From a virus: a stretch of 50,236 nt of DNA. A program made the translations under genes and the position numbers. Position 1 is the stretch's first letter. The number at the start of each line of letters is the position of its first letter. Location of the stretch: UHGV virus genome UHGV-2083606; one strand, given 5' to 3'. The notes under the pieces are model-generated. The model was not told where the DNA came from. It made no database searches and was given only the letters and a program-made list of their open reading frames with translations. Below are positions 1-9,196 of the stretch, piece after piece.

Positions 1-90
1 TAATCATCCATCTTATTTGTTCCTCCTTATTTGTTTTATCTCTCTTAACTTGTTTATATAATAACATATATGCTTTATTATGTCAATATT

Positions 91-321
91 TTATGCAAAT
101 ATTTTTTTAGGACTTTTTCTAAAATGTTCATTTGCATGTTCCTTTACTGTTTTTAATGTTTTGGCTTCTGAATACTTTTGTCCATTTACATACAAATAAT
201 ACTTTCCTGTTACTGGTTCTTTTTCAATAACATATTCGTTACTTGATATCCATAACTTATCAACTATTCTTTCTGCTTCCCATAAACCATCAATTCTTTT
301 GTCTTTCTTAAATTTCATCAT
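91..321 (-). CDS. hypothetical small protein (76 aa)
   Basis: ORF with AGGAGG ribosome-binding site about 8 nt upstream; preceded by a sigma70-like promoter at about 378-405. Confidence 0.5.
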   Translation of the reverse strand: MMKFKKDKRIDGLWEAERIVDKLWISSNEYVIEKEPVTGKYYLYVNGQKYSEAKTLKTVKEHANEHFRKSPKKIFA

Positions 322-377
322 TTTTATTTTCCTCCTAGTTTGTTTACTCTGTTTTTGTTTTCCTTAACTTTAATTAT

Positions 378-405
378 ATTATAACACAATATAACAGAAA
401 GTCAA
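378..405 (-). promoter_or_regulatory. sigma70-type promoter (TTGACT-16-TATAAT)
   Basis: Minus-strand hexamers with 16-nt spacer. Part of a roughly 75-bp element that recurs at about 24135-24215. Confidence 0.4.
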
Positions 406-447
406 TATGTTTTTATATAATATTTTATATTTATTTATATAATAAAA

Positions 448-471
448 TAAGCACCCTTAAATGAGTGCTTA
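448..471 (-). terminator. putative intrinsic terminator
   Basis: 7-bp inverted repeat (taagcac/gtgctta) overlapping the stop codon of the radical SAM gene, followed on the minus strand by a U-rich tract. The loop is large. Confidence 0.35.
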
Positions 472-1506
472 AATCTTACCAAGTGCTTTCTGTGTTCTCT
501 TAAATGTACATTCTTCATACATCAGTTCTTCCATTGTTGAGTTCTTTTGTCTCTCGTATGTTCCTCTGCTTTGGTCTAATGCATGGAATATACTACCTGT
601 TCCAATAACTTTCATTGATTCTGTTGGTTCTGTTTTATCACCGTTTAGAAGATGATTACAGTTAAATGTGTTTACTTGAAACAAATCATCACAGCCACAG
701 CAACATAAACTATCACCCATTTGTCTCAACCTGTTTTCTCCAACGAAGAACTTCATACCGAGTTTATGTGCTTTTGTTTTAAACATTTCAAAATGTTCTT
801 GTAACATTTGTTTGTTATAACATAAATCTGCACCAACTCTTTCAAGCTCATGTTTGTTGTTCTTTGGTTTTCCACTATTGTACTTCATACCCTCAAATAT
901 TACACCGTATGCTCCCGCATTTTTAAAATCATTCAGACTATTTTTTAGAACGTCATGTTTTACTTGTGGCAAATATGGCTGGCATCTAACAATAACTCTC
1001 TGGACATTTTTACTTAATGTTTCTATCATCTTTAGTCTTTCAATATATGTTGGTGCGCCCTTTTCTATGTTATCGTAGTATTTACTAACACAACTTATCT
1101 GCATAACAACATTACACTCTTTTAAAACATCTAAATATTCTTTGTCAATACATAACTTACCTTTTGTACTTATAACAACTGGGTATTTTGTTTCGGCTAA
1201 CAACTTCAAAATATTATACGTACTATCAATGTTTTGTTTGTTGTTTTTTTCTATTGGCTGAAATGGGTCTGACATTCCACCCCAATGAACTGGTATATCC
1301 CAATCACACCAGAATGTGTGTCGCTGTCTATTCCCCTCTGTAAAGCTTTTTAGACTGTTATAACTACCTTTCACTGGCTTTATCTTTTTAATATCCTTAA
1401 AACGCTTTACAAAGCAATATTCACACGCATGTGAACAACCTATATAGTTATCAAAATGTATTGGCATGTCACATATTGCAATTTGACTTCCACAATCTAC
1501 ACTCAT
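469..1506 (-). CDS. radical SAM protein, SplB/COG1533 (spore photoproduct lyase-like DNA repair) family
   Basis: N-terminal CxxxCxxC cluster motif (GCSHACEYCF). Downstream HWGGMSDPFQP motif resembles the G..TDPYQP.E signature of COG1533. Extra C-terminal Cys cluster (CCCGC). Confidence 0.65.
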   Translation of the reverse strand: MSVDCGSQIAICDMPIHFDNYIGCSHACEYCFVKRFKDIKKIKPVKGSYNSLKSFTEGNRQRHTFWCDWDIPVHWGGMSDPFQPIEKNNKQNIDSTYNILKLLAETKYPVVISTKGKLCIDKEYLDVLKECNVVMQISCVSKYYDNIEKGAPTYIERLKMIETLSKNVQRVIVRCQPYLPQVKHDVLKNSLNDFKNAGAYGVIFEGMKYNSGKPKNNKHELERVGADLCYNKQMLQEHFEMFKTKAHKLGMKFFVGENRLRQMGDSLCCCGCDDLFQVNTFNCNHLLNGDKTEPTESMKVIGTGSIFHALDQSRGTYERQKNSTMEELMYEECTFKRTQKALGKI

Positions 1507-2051
1507 TGTTTTACCCCCGCTTTTTTTCTTATTATCTCTTGTACCTTTTCTTTGTTTTTGTTTAGATATTTCATAATTGTTTCTTTTTCATCTTTTGGAA
1601 AAGCAAGCGAAACAACAAAAAAGTTCTTTTCTATTTTGTCTTTTGTTTCATACTCAAAAGCACCTGTTAAATCAATATCTTCATCAAACCCAAACAAGTC
1701 CATGTCTATATCTTCTGTTAGGTTTTCCAGTTCTTCATCAAGTAAACTATAATCCCATTCACTTTCATTCAATTTGTTATCTACTAACCTGTATGCTTTT
1801 ATTTGTTCTTCTGTTAAATCTTCTAAACAAACTGTAGGTACTTGTTTTAGTCCTGCCTTCTTTGCTCCTAGTATTCTACCATGTCCAGCTACTACACTAT
1901 TATGTTTGTCTATTATTACTGGTTGTGTAAAACCAAACTCTTTAATGCTGTTTGCTATTTGTTCTACTTGTTCTTTACTATGTTTCTTTGCATTCTTCTT
2001 ATATGGTTTTAGTTCTTTAATTGGTTTATAAACAATGTTTAGTTCTTCCAT
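1503..2051 (-). CDS. ParB-like nuclease domain protein
   Basis: ParB N-terminal domain-like motifs (KELKPY, VVAGHGRILGAKKAGL) and an acidic middle region. Overlaps the radical SAM gene by 4 nt (translationally coupled). Confidence 0.6.
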   Translation of the reverse strand: MEELNIVYKPIKELKPYKKNAKKHSKEQVEQIANSIKEFGFTQPVIIDKHNSVVAGHGRILGAKKAGLKQVPTVCLEDLTEEQIKAYRLVDNKLNESEWDYSLLDEELENLTEDIDMDLFGFDEDIDLTGAFEYETKDKIEKNFFVVSLAFPKDEKETIMKYLNKNKEKVQEIIRKKAGVKQ

Positions 2052-2188
2052 GTTCTTCTATCCTTTCTATGTTTTATTTATATATGTTCTATACTTCTTT
2101 GTTATGCTTGCCTTTGTTCTGTTATGCGTTTGTTCTATGTTTTACTATATAGCTTTTTATTATGCACATGGTGTTCTGTTTATTTTAC

Positions 2189-2464
2189 CTACATATAGCT
2201 TAATAATTTACCCATGTATTTTACGCTTTTAACCTTACAGTTTTTTAATGATAGTAACATTATACTTTTATGTTTTGCTTCATGTATGTTTTCTGCATAG
2301 CATATTGTTTTATTTGTTTGTTCTGTTTCTTTTCCGAAATCATCTAGCTTTGTATATATTACTAGGTACTTACTTTGTTTTTCATCTTCTATATCTGCAC
2401 TTAGGTTTTGCATTTGTTCTAATTCTTCTTTTGCCTTACTATATGCTTTTTCAGCAATACCCAT
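2189..2464 (-). CDS. hypothetical protein (91 aa)
   Basis: ORF only. Confidence 0.4.
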   Translation of the reverse strand: MGIAEKAYSKAKEELEQMQNLSADIEDEKQSKYLVIYTKLDDFGKETEQTNKTICYAENIHEAKHKSIMLLSLKNCKVKSVKYMGKLLSYM

Positions 2465-2552
2465 TCTAAACCTCCTATCTGCCTTTTCTAGCCATTTTAT
2501 TTATATGCGCTTATACTTTATAGGGTTAATGATTTAAAACGCTTATATAGGC

Positions 2553-3077
2553 TTATTTACCACCATATACTTCATTTCCCCATTCTTCATCTTCGCTTTC
2601 TTCTTCAAGCCAATCTGTTCCATTTTCTGCATCCCATATTTCTTCGTCATCATGTTTGTTTGGTTCATATACATCACCTTGTGTTATTAGATTGATTGTT
2701 ACTTCATTCTGTACTTTACCTGTTTGTTTGAACATATCTAACTTATCCATCATGTTTACAATTTCTTTAATTGCCGCTACATCACCAGTTAAGCCTTTTT
2801 TAAACAGTGCTACCATTAATAAGTTTTGGTTTGTTAGTTCACCACTTTTGAAACCCATATGCATTAAAACTTGTTTTTGTTTTTGTGTTGTTATATCCAT
2901 TGTTAGTAATGCTTTCATGGCTTGCTGTAATGCCATTTTTTCTTCACGTTTTTTTTTTCTTGCTTCAACACCTAACTGTCCAATCCTTTTTCTTTCTTCC
3001 GGTGTTCTCTCATTCATTGGAATTAAGTTTTCTACTCCATTACGCAATACTTTTGGAGACTTCTTATTTGTTGCCAT
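2553..3077 (-). CDS. hypothetical protein with basic N-terminus and acidic Trp-containing C-terminal tail
   Basis: N-terminus is rich in K/R (RKRIGQLGVEARKKKREEK). C-terminus is DDEEIWDAENGTDWLEEESEDEEWGNEVYGGK. Ribosome-binding site AAAGGAG. Possibly DNA-binding. Confidence 0.5.
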   Translation of the reverse strand: MATNKKSPKVLRNGVENLIPMNERTPEERKRIGQLGVEARKKKREEKMALQQAMKALLTMDITTQKQKQVLMHMGFKSGELTNQNLLMVALFKKGLTGDVAAIKEIVNMMDKLDMFKQTGKVQNEVTINLITQGDVYEPNKHDDEEIWDAENGTDWLEEESEDEEWGNEVYGGK

Positions 3078-3375
3078 TTGTTTCTGTTCACACTCCTTTT
3101 ACTTTTTGTTCCATAATATCAAATAAGGCAAGGAAGTTCGCTTTGTTTTGCTTCTCCCTCACCAATATTTCTTTTTATATAAAAACAGTAAACATATAAA
3201 ACTATACAAGTGTACGAGGTTTATGTATACGAACGAAATTATTTTATAAGTACAAACATGGCTTTTTATTGTTTTGTTTTATACATCCACTGTTTTTATC
3301 CTTTTATATTTTGGCTAACATTTATGGCTGTTACTTATACATTCCTATCCTAGAATATTTCCTTAGTTCCATTTT

Positions 3376-3404
3376 ATTATAGCATGTTACTATCTATTTG
3401 TCAA
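3376..3404 (-). promoter_or_regulatory. consensus sigma70-type promoter (TTGACA-17-TATAAT)
   Basis: Perfect -35 and -10 hexamers with 17-nt spacer on the minus strand. About 290-nt leader before gene 2553..3077. Confidence 0.45.
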
Positions 3405-3615
3405 GTAAAATTTGAAATTTTACACAATAATAAATTTATATTTTATTTATGTTTTCTTTGTTTGTTTTGCCTAAAAAGTAAATCTCTTTATTTCTTGGCT
3501 TTTATTCTTTCTGCTTTCGCCTTTTCATTTGCTTCATAATATTCTAAATACTTGGTACACGTTTCATGGCAATGTAATATTCTTTCTCCGCAATTCTTAC
3601 ATGGACTGTGTAACA

Positions 3616-3990
3616 TCATATTAATCCCTTTCTTCTTAAGTAATCCTCTACATCACATAAATATAATATTGCTTCCTGTGTATCCTGTTCCCTAATACTT
3701 ACTATTCCATCTGTGTCTTTTACTGTGTACCTGTATTCTGATATTGGGAATCCGTCTTTTGTTTCATTCTTTAGCTTCCGCTTTACTTTTGTTATAAAGT
3801 TTAATATGAATACTACAGCCAATGTTATCACAATGCTTTCTAATGCCCCTATATGGCTTTTTATCAACGCATATGGGAGTAATATATAAATAATACATAC
3901 AAGTTCTTCAAAATGCCCTACAAGCCAATTACGAGCCTGTACAATAGTTTCCTTTGAAGAACTTGCTATTGCCTCAAATAGTTTACTCAT
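3616..3990 (-). CDS. small membrane protein (predicted 2-3 TM helices)
   Basis: Hydrophobic segments IIYILLPYALI and ITLAVVFILNFI. Confidence 0.5.
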   Translation of the reverse strand: MSKLFEAIASSSKETIVQARNWLVGHFEELVCIIYILLPYALIKSHIGALESIVITLAVVFILNFITKVKRKLKNETKDGFPISEYRYTVKDTDGIVSIREQDTQEAILYLCDVEDYLRRKGLI

Positions 3991-4352
3991 AGTACCTTGC
4001 CTTTCAATCCCATTTTTAATGTTTCCAATTTTGTTTCAAGCCTTTTTCTGTATGGTGGAGTTTTGCACACTTCACATCTGTATTTATTTTCTTTGTTAAA
4101 AAACGCTCCGGCAAACTCTTTACATATTTCACAGTTATGCTCAAACACTTCTTTTTCATCTGCCATAACATATACTTCTAATTCTACACAACCAATTCCA
4201 CTACTTTCATTCTTCTTTATATTGTAGCTTATGTTTTTTGAATTATTCTTTGCTACAATGTTTGATGATATCCATTTACAACATTCAAGGTATGCCTGTT
4301 TCATTGTTTTAGCTTTGAACTCTTTACTTATAATCTTTTCTGCTATTAACAT
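3987..4352 (-). CDS. hypothetical zinc-finger protein
   Basis: C-terminal CxxC...CxxC (CEICKEF ... CEVCKTPP). 4-nt overlap with the downstream gene. Confidence 0.5.
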   Translation of the reverse strand: MLIAEKIISKEFKAKTMKQAYLECCKWISSNIVAKNNSKNISYNIKKNESSGIGCVELEVYVMADEKEVFEHNCEICKEFAGAFFNKENKYRCEVCKTPPYRKRLETKLETLKMGLKGKVL

Positions 4353-4356
4353 GGCT

Positions 4357-4824
4357 TTAATCCTCCGATAACTCTTGCTTTGCTTCTACTGCACTTCTAT
4401 CTGCAAGCTCATTTAATGGGTCTCCATTATGTCCTTTTATGTGTATCATATTTATCACCATTTTCTTTTCATACACTAACTTGAACATCTTTTCCCATAT
4501 GTGTTTATTTTTCACTGGCTTATCCTCTTTTGTTTTCCATCCATTTTTATACCAGTTTAAAAGCCACCCTTTTGTTATAGCATTCACAACATATGCGCTA
4601 TCACAATACACTGTCACCTTTTTTGCTTTACTCTTAAAGGCTTTTACTAATGCCATATATACTGCTGTTAATTCCATTTCATTGTTTGTTGTGTTTCGTT
4701 TGTTCCCTTTTGTTACACTTGTTTTGAATCCGCTGTCACATTTTACAAGTTCAACATAGCTCCATCCACCTATACCGGGGTTTCCACTACAAGCACCATC
4801 TGTATAAAATATCAATTCTTTCAT
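4357..4824 (-). CDS. rnhA: ribonuclease HI
   Basis: Canonical RNase H motifs YTDGACSGNPGIGGW, TNNEMELTA, CDSAYV, KGHNGDPLNELADRSA. Confidence 0.9.
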   Translation of the reverse strand: MKELIFYTDGACSGNPGIGGWSYVELVKCDSGFKTSVTKGNKRNTTNNEMELTAVYMALVKAFKSKAKKVTVYCDSAYVVNAITKGWLLNWYKNGWKTKEDKPVKNKHIWEKMFKLVYEKKMVINMIHIKGHNGDPLNELADRSAVEAKQELSED

Positions 4825-5258
4825 TCATTTGTCCCTTTCTTTGCATCTGCTTTAATGTCTGCATATAATTTCACAATAATCTTTGCAACTAACTCCCACA
4901 ATGTTTTACCATACACTGTTCCAATCCAATCATGTTTTTCTCTTACTTTTATACAACAACATGAATAGAACACAAACTTTCTTGTTTCATTAAGTTGTTC
5001 ATAATACGGCATAAAACTCTGTGTTCTATAGTTATACCTTATACAGATTCCTTGCATTGCTTTTTCTAATATTTCAAGTGGTGCAATCTCTGTTTTTGTA
5101 TAGTTTTGTTTTTCAAGCATCTTTGCAACCGGTTTTACTTTCCAAAGAAAATTATTTAATGTTTTTATGTTCTCCTGTTTTGTGCAATCTAAATTTAAAA
5201 TCTCTTCTGTTTTCATTGTTTTATTCCTCTTAATTAAAAAAGGCAAGAAATAGAACAC
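4821..5258 (-). CDS. hypothetical protein
   Basis: ORF, 4-nt overlap with rnhA. Confidence 0.45.
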   Translation of the reverse strand: MFYFLPFLIKRNKTMKTEEILNLDCTKQENIKTLNNFLWKVKPVAKMLEKQNYTKTEIAPLEILEKAMQGICIRYNYRTQSFMPYYEQLNETRKFVFYSCCCIKVREKHDWIGTVYGKTLWELVAKIIVKLYADIKADAKKGTNE

Positions 5259-5314
5259 TTCCTACCTCCTGCCTTTTATCAACATCTATGCAACATTTGT
5301 TTTATTTATTTGTT

Positions 5315-5995
5315 TTAGATTTCCCAATCATCATCTTCGTCATCCTCTACTTCTTCTGCTTCGGACTCTGCATCAGCGGCTTTCAGAAGTTTAACATATG
5401 CATCTGCTTTCTGTTTTGGTTTTGTTTTAATGCCACGTTCTTTACACATTTTGAAAAGTTCCATTGCTGTTTTACCCTCATATGGGTCTTTCTCTTCTTC
5501 GTCCTCTGTATCCCAGTCATCATCTTCAACAACTGGCTCTGCTTTCTTTGCTTTGCCTTTAGAGGCTTTCTTTGTTTCTTTCTTAGGCTCTTCCTCGTCA
5601 AGCTCGCCTCTGTCAAACTTTTCAAGGAGTTCAATCAGTGCATCTTTCTTTCTTGATTTACACTTAGAAGAGATTCCTCTTGCACAACAGAGTTTGTAAA
5701 GGTTTGCACCTGTCATATCAGTGTAGTCAAGTTCATCATCCTCTACTTCTGTTTCAACTTCTTTTGTTTCCTCTTCTACTTCTGTTTCAACTTCCACACC
5801 ATCTTTAAGTCCTGTTTCAAGGACTCTTGCTGTAACCTTTGGAAGTGCTTTAAGAATTACAAGAATCTTATCACCAGCTACCGCTACCTCTCTTGTAAGC
5901 ATTGGATAACGTGAACCAATCTCACAGATGTTTTCTTTGTTCTTTCCCTCAATAATTTCCTTTGCCGCTTCATAGGCTGTCCAATTCTTTGCCAT
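5315..5995 (-). CDS. hypothetical protein with two SAP/Rho-N-like motifs and acidic C-terminal tail
   Basis: Motifs ANLYKLCCARGISSK and AMELFKMCKERGIKTK. Poly-acidic stretches; terminal DDEDDDWEI. Confidence 0.6.
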   Translation of the reverse strand: MAKNWTAYEAAKEIIEGKNKENICEIGSRYPMLTREVAVAGDKILVILKALPKVTARVLETGLKDGVEVETEVEEETKEVETEVEDDELDYTDMTGANLYKLCCARGISSKCKSRKKDALIELLEKFDRGELDEEEPKKETKKASKGKAKKAEPVVEDDDWDTEDEEEKDPYEGKTAMELFKMCKERGIKTKPKQKADAYVKLLKAADAESEAEEVEDDEDDDWEI

Positions 5996-6069
5996 TTTTC
6001 ATTCTCCTTTTTCTTTTACTTTGTTCTCTTAATTTGTTTCTTGAATCTGCTTTATTTGTTTACTTTTAA

Positions 6070-6098
6070 ATATTAACATATGTTTTTATTTTTGTCAA
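6070..6098 (-). promoter_or_regulatory. putative sigma70-type promoter (TTGACA-17-TAATAT)
   Basis: Minus-strand hexamers in the 130-bp intergenic region upstream of gene 5315..5995. The atattaacatatgttt sequence is shared with the promoter at about 23504-23532. Confidence 0.3.
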
Positions 6099-6126
6099 TA
6101 GTTATTTGATAAAATAAAACATTAAT

Positions 6127-6420
6127 TTATTTACTTTCTTCTTCACAGCATTCACATGTCTCAGCATGTTCTACAAGTCCAACAGCTTCACATGCTTCTA
6201 AAACACAGTCAAGCAATGCAATTAAACCATCTTCATCAAGAATGCCTAAACTGCCTTTAAGAAATACCTTTGTTTCTTTTCCATCTTCTTCTGTTACAAG
6301 CTGTTCTGCAACACTATAACCTACTTTGTTTGTTTCACTGTTGTACGCTTCTGAAATCACAACATTTCTTCTGTCCTTAAAACGCTTTGAGGAAAGTTCT
6401 CTAAATGTTAATCTTCCCAT
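6127..6420 (-). CDS. hypothetical protein
   Basis: ORF; C-terminal Cys/Glu-rich tail. Confidence 0.45.
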   Translation of the reverse strand: MGRLTFRELSSKRFKDRRNVVISEAYNSETNKVGYSVAEQLVTEEDGKETKVFLKGSLGILDEDGLIALLDCVLEACEAVGLVEHAETCECCEEESK

Positions 6421-6794
6421 TCTTCTCCACCTCCCTCTTCTCCATTGTCTGGAAGTTCTAATACTGCCATAAACTTAAGCATGATATACTCTTCGTCCAC
6501 CAATGAACAAATGTTATCTAAGTTTACATTTTCCACAAGTGACTTAAATGGGATTGTTGCATTTCCATCTTTATCAAAGTTAATTGCTCCAATAGTAAAC
6601 ATACCCAAATTTACTGCCCTGCTTGTAGCTCCTTTTGCATGTAAAGTAATATCATTGTTTAATCCCTGTAATAACTCTACGCTTGTTAAGATTTCATCAT
6701 ATCGGAGTTTAAACTTAACCTGTACTGTTTTGTTTTTTCCAATAGTTAAACCCTCAAAAGTAGCTATCCCTTTTTGTTGTAACTTTCTTTCCAC
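6408..6794 (-). CDS. hypothetical protein with acidic Trp-containing C-terminus
   Basis: C-terminus is PDNGEEGGGEEWED. Confidence 0.45.
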   Translation of the reverse strand: MERKLQQKGIATFEGLTIGKNKTVQVKFKLRYDEILTSVELLQGLNNDITLHAKGATSRAVNLGMFTIGAINFDKDGNATIPFKSLVENVNLDNICSLVDEEYIMLKFMAVLELPDNGEEGGGEEWED

Positions 6795-7450
6795 TGTTTT
6801 GTTTTTCTCCTTTCTGTTCTAAACTTCTGTTCTTGTTTTCTTATTTCTTGTTCTTTTTGTTTGAAATAGTTATTTCTAGCATTTATGTTATGTTTTACTT
6901 TATTAACATCTATAACATTAATACTTTGTTTTGTATTACTATTTCTATTTGAGTTAGAATCTAAGTTGTTTAACTTATCTGTGTTAGGCATGAAGCTAAC
7001 AGCTTCAGAACCCCCTCTTTCTTTCTCCCCCTTATAATACTCTTCTTCATTTTGGTTGTCAATACCCTTTTTGCATATTTTATACTTTTTTAAGAATTCT
7101 TCATCTTCTTCTGCAAGCTTATTTATTACATCACGCTCTATAAGCTCCCTATATGCCTGTATATCCTCTTCTTTTATTGCAACCCATACTTCATCCCTGT
7201 TAATGAATTGAAAAGCAAATAAAGGTATTTTATGAGCTTCTAAAGCATGGTGTTCTAGTACATGTAATACACTTTGTTTAATACTGAAACTTTCATGGTC
7301 TGTACTTTTTAATTCACAAAGAAAGTGTTCATTTTCACCATCACATTTTTCTATCCACCCAGCACCACTATTTTTTGTAGGTTTTAAACCTAGCCTGTGC
7401 ATTACTTCTGCTTCATTCTTTCTGTACCACTTTGTACTACGTTTATTCAT
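6764..7450 (-). CDS. putative PD-(D/E)XK-type nuclease (VRR-NUC/Hjc-like N-terminal domain) with low-complexity basic C-terminal half
   Basis: N-terminal pattern E..V....G...NSGAGWIEKCDGENEHFLCELKST...SIKQ resembles the VRR-NUC / Holliday-junction-resolvase fold. The C-terminal half is rich in K/N/E. Confidence 0.4.
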   Translation of the reverse strand: MNKRSTKWYRKNEAEVMHRLGLKPTKNSGAGWIEKCDGENEHFLCELKSTDHESFSIKQSVLHVLEHHALEAHKIPLFAFQFINRDEVWVAIKEEDIQAYRELIERDVINKLAEEDEEFLKKYKICKKGIDNQNEEEYYKGEKERGGSEAVSFMPNTDKLNNLDSNSNRNSNTKQSINVIDVNKVKHNINARNNYFKQKEQEIRKQEQKFRTERRKTKQWKESYNKKG

Positions 7451-7844
7451 GTTTTGTTAGTTCCTCGCACTTCTTTCTGTATTTACAAGTCCCACATACA
7501 ATGATAGGTCTTTTACCATAAGATTTTCCAAAACACTTCCCTCTTTCTTTTGCTTCAATCATACATTCTCTTTCATATACACATAAATTACATTTCTTAT
7601 CCCCATTAATATGCCAACCAAAACAACAGCCTTCTGACTCTTCGTCACTTATATCTGTTAATTTTGTTCTTTTGTTTTCCCAACTTGCTACCACTTCCAA
7701 AACATCTATAATCTCTTGTGCCGTTATGATATCAAGACCAACGTTCCTTATTCCACAATTGCTACAATTTTCAATTTTTTCTTTTACTTTGTTTGCAAGT
7801 TCCTGTACATTATATTCTTTTTCAATCTTCATCTGTTTCTCCAT
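7443..7844 (-). CDS. hypothetical Cys-rich protein
   Basis: Multiple CxxC pairs (CSNCG, CNLC, CGTCKYRKKC). Confidence 0.5.
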   Translation of the reverse strand: MEKQMKIEKEYNVQELANKVKEKIENCSNCGIRNVGLDIITAQEIIDVLEVVASWENKRTKLTDISDEESEGCCFGWHINGDKKCNLCVYERECMIEAKERGKCFGKSYGKRPIIVCGTCKYRKKCEELTKHE

Positions 7845-8034
7845 CCTGTTCTTTTAGTTTTTGTTTTGTTAATGCTTCAAGGTATTTGATATATCCCAAG
7901 CCAAGTCTATGTGTGCTTTTGCTTCTGTAGTTCTTTCTTGCTTCATTTAATTCTGCTGTTCCAAACAAGTCTTTAAATCTTGTTTCTGTTTGTACTATTA
8001 CATAGCTATAGTTACTTCCTTTTCCATTTAACAT
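7822..8034 (-). CDS. hypothetical protein
   Basis: ORF. Confidence 0.4.
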   Translation of the reverse strand: MLNGKGSNYSYVIVQTETRFKDLFGTAELNEARKNYRSKSTHRLGLGYIKYLEALTKQKLKEQDGETDED

Positions 8035-8194
8035 TTATTCTCCATACCTCCATTCTAAAAAATATATTCTTCTTAAAATAGCATTTCTAAGATTTAATCG
8101 CACCCTTTTATTGAGTTGCTTAATACATTCTGCCATGTATTTTCTTAATTCATTTACACATTCTTCTAAGATATCACACTCTTCATACATTGCT

Positions 8195-8719
8195 TTATTC
8201 ATACCCCCATTCTAAATGTGCTAATATGTACATCTTCTTTATAATAGCCTTTCTAAGGCTCATATATGTCTCTATGCTGAACTTTTCTTTTCCATCAATA
8301 CAATTTGATATATAAACAGTTAAATCATCTAATTTATCATCTATTGTGTAGTAATCATGGCAATACGTATCCATAGTATTCCATTTCTTTATCGGACAGT
8401 ATACACAACGAATACGACTATAATTATTATCTTTCATAGATTCTATTGACTGTGAAGCATGAGCGACATAACAAGCGGCACAATTAGCATTTGCTAGTAA
8501 GTTGTATTCTTCCTCTTCTGTTATTTTGCCCCTAACACATAAATGAAGTAATGCTGTTCTTTTTATATTAAATACATTCAACTTATATGATAATTGTCCA
8601 TTTTCTTTGTAATATTTAACATCATTTATATTGCTTGTTCTAGCACTAAATGCTTTTAATACTTCTTCCCAGAGCATTGTATGTATTTCGTTGTACCTTT
8701 TTAATATGTTTTGTTCCAT
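8195..8719 (-). CDS. hypothetical Cys-rich protein
   Basis: ORF; CAACY, CVYCP motifs. Confidence 0.5.
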   Translation of the reverse strand: MEQNILKRYNEIHTMLWEEVLKAFSARTSNINDVKYYKENGQLSYKLNVFNIKRTALLHLCVRGKITEEEEYNLLANANCAACYVAHASQSIESMKDNNYSRIRCVYCPIKKWNTMDTYCHDYYTIDDKLDDLTVYISNCIDGKEKFSIETYMSLRKAIIKKMYILAHLEWGYE

Positions 8720-8734
8720 GTTTGTTTTACCTCC

Positions 8735-9196
8735 CTACTTCTTCCATATGCCATCATTTACTGTCCAATGTCGTATTTCTCCATCCCACCATTTTGTTAT
8801 GTATTTCTTTTTACCTTTTGATGCATGATACACGCCATCTTTTAACATTTGTTCTAAATCAAAATCAAACAAGAAATGCTCTACCGGATTTTTTTGAGCC
8901 ACATATCCTCTAATTGCACATACTCTTTGCAATGAATATTCTCTTGTCATTATTTTTTCATACTCTTCATGGGTCAGCTCATTCAATTCTCCACTATACC
9001 AAATTAAAATCCCATGAGCATTTACTCTTGGCTTCTTTACTTTACTTTGTCTCCTTTTATTCTCTCTTCTTTTTAGCTGCTCTTTTGTTAGTTCATAATC
9101 TCTTTTCAATGTTGAACAATTTCCTCTCACACGTCCAATTCTTTGAAACGTATTACGATTTTTATCATCATACTCTCTTCTTTTTCTTTCGAACAA
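8735..9196 (-). CDS. hypothetical basic protein
   Basis: ORF. Overlaps the upstream zinc-ribbon ORF by 29 nt in another frame; could be one gene joined by a frameshift. Confidence 0.45.
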   Translation of the reverse strand: MFERKRREYDDKNRNTFQRIGRVRGNCSTLKRDYELTKEQLKRRENKRRQSKVKKPRVNAHGILIWYSGELNELTHEEYEKIMTREYSLQRVCAIRGYVAQKNPVEHFLFDFDLEQMLKDGVYHASKGKKKYITKWWDGEIRHWTVNDGIWKK

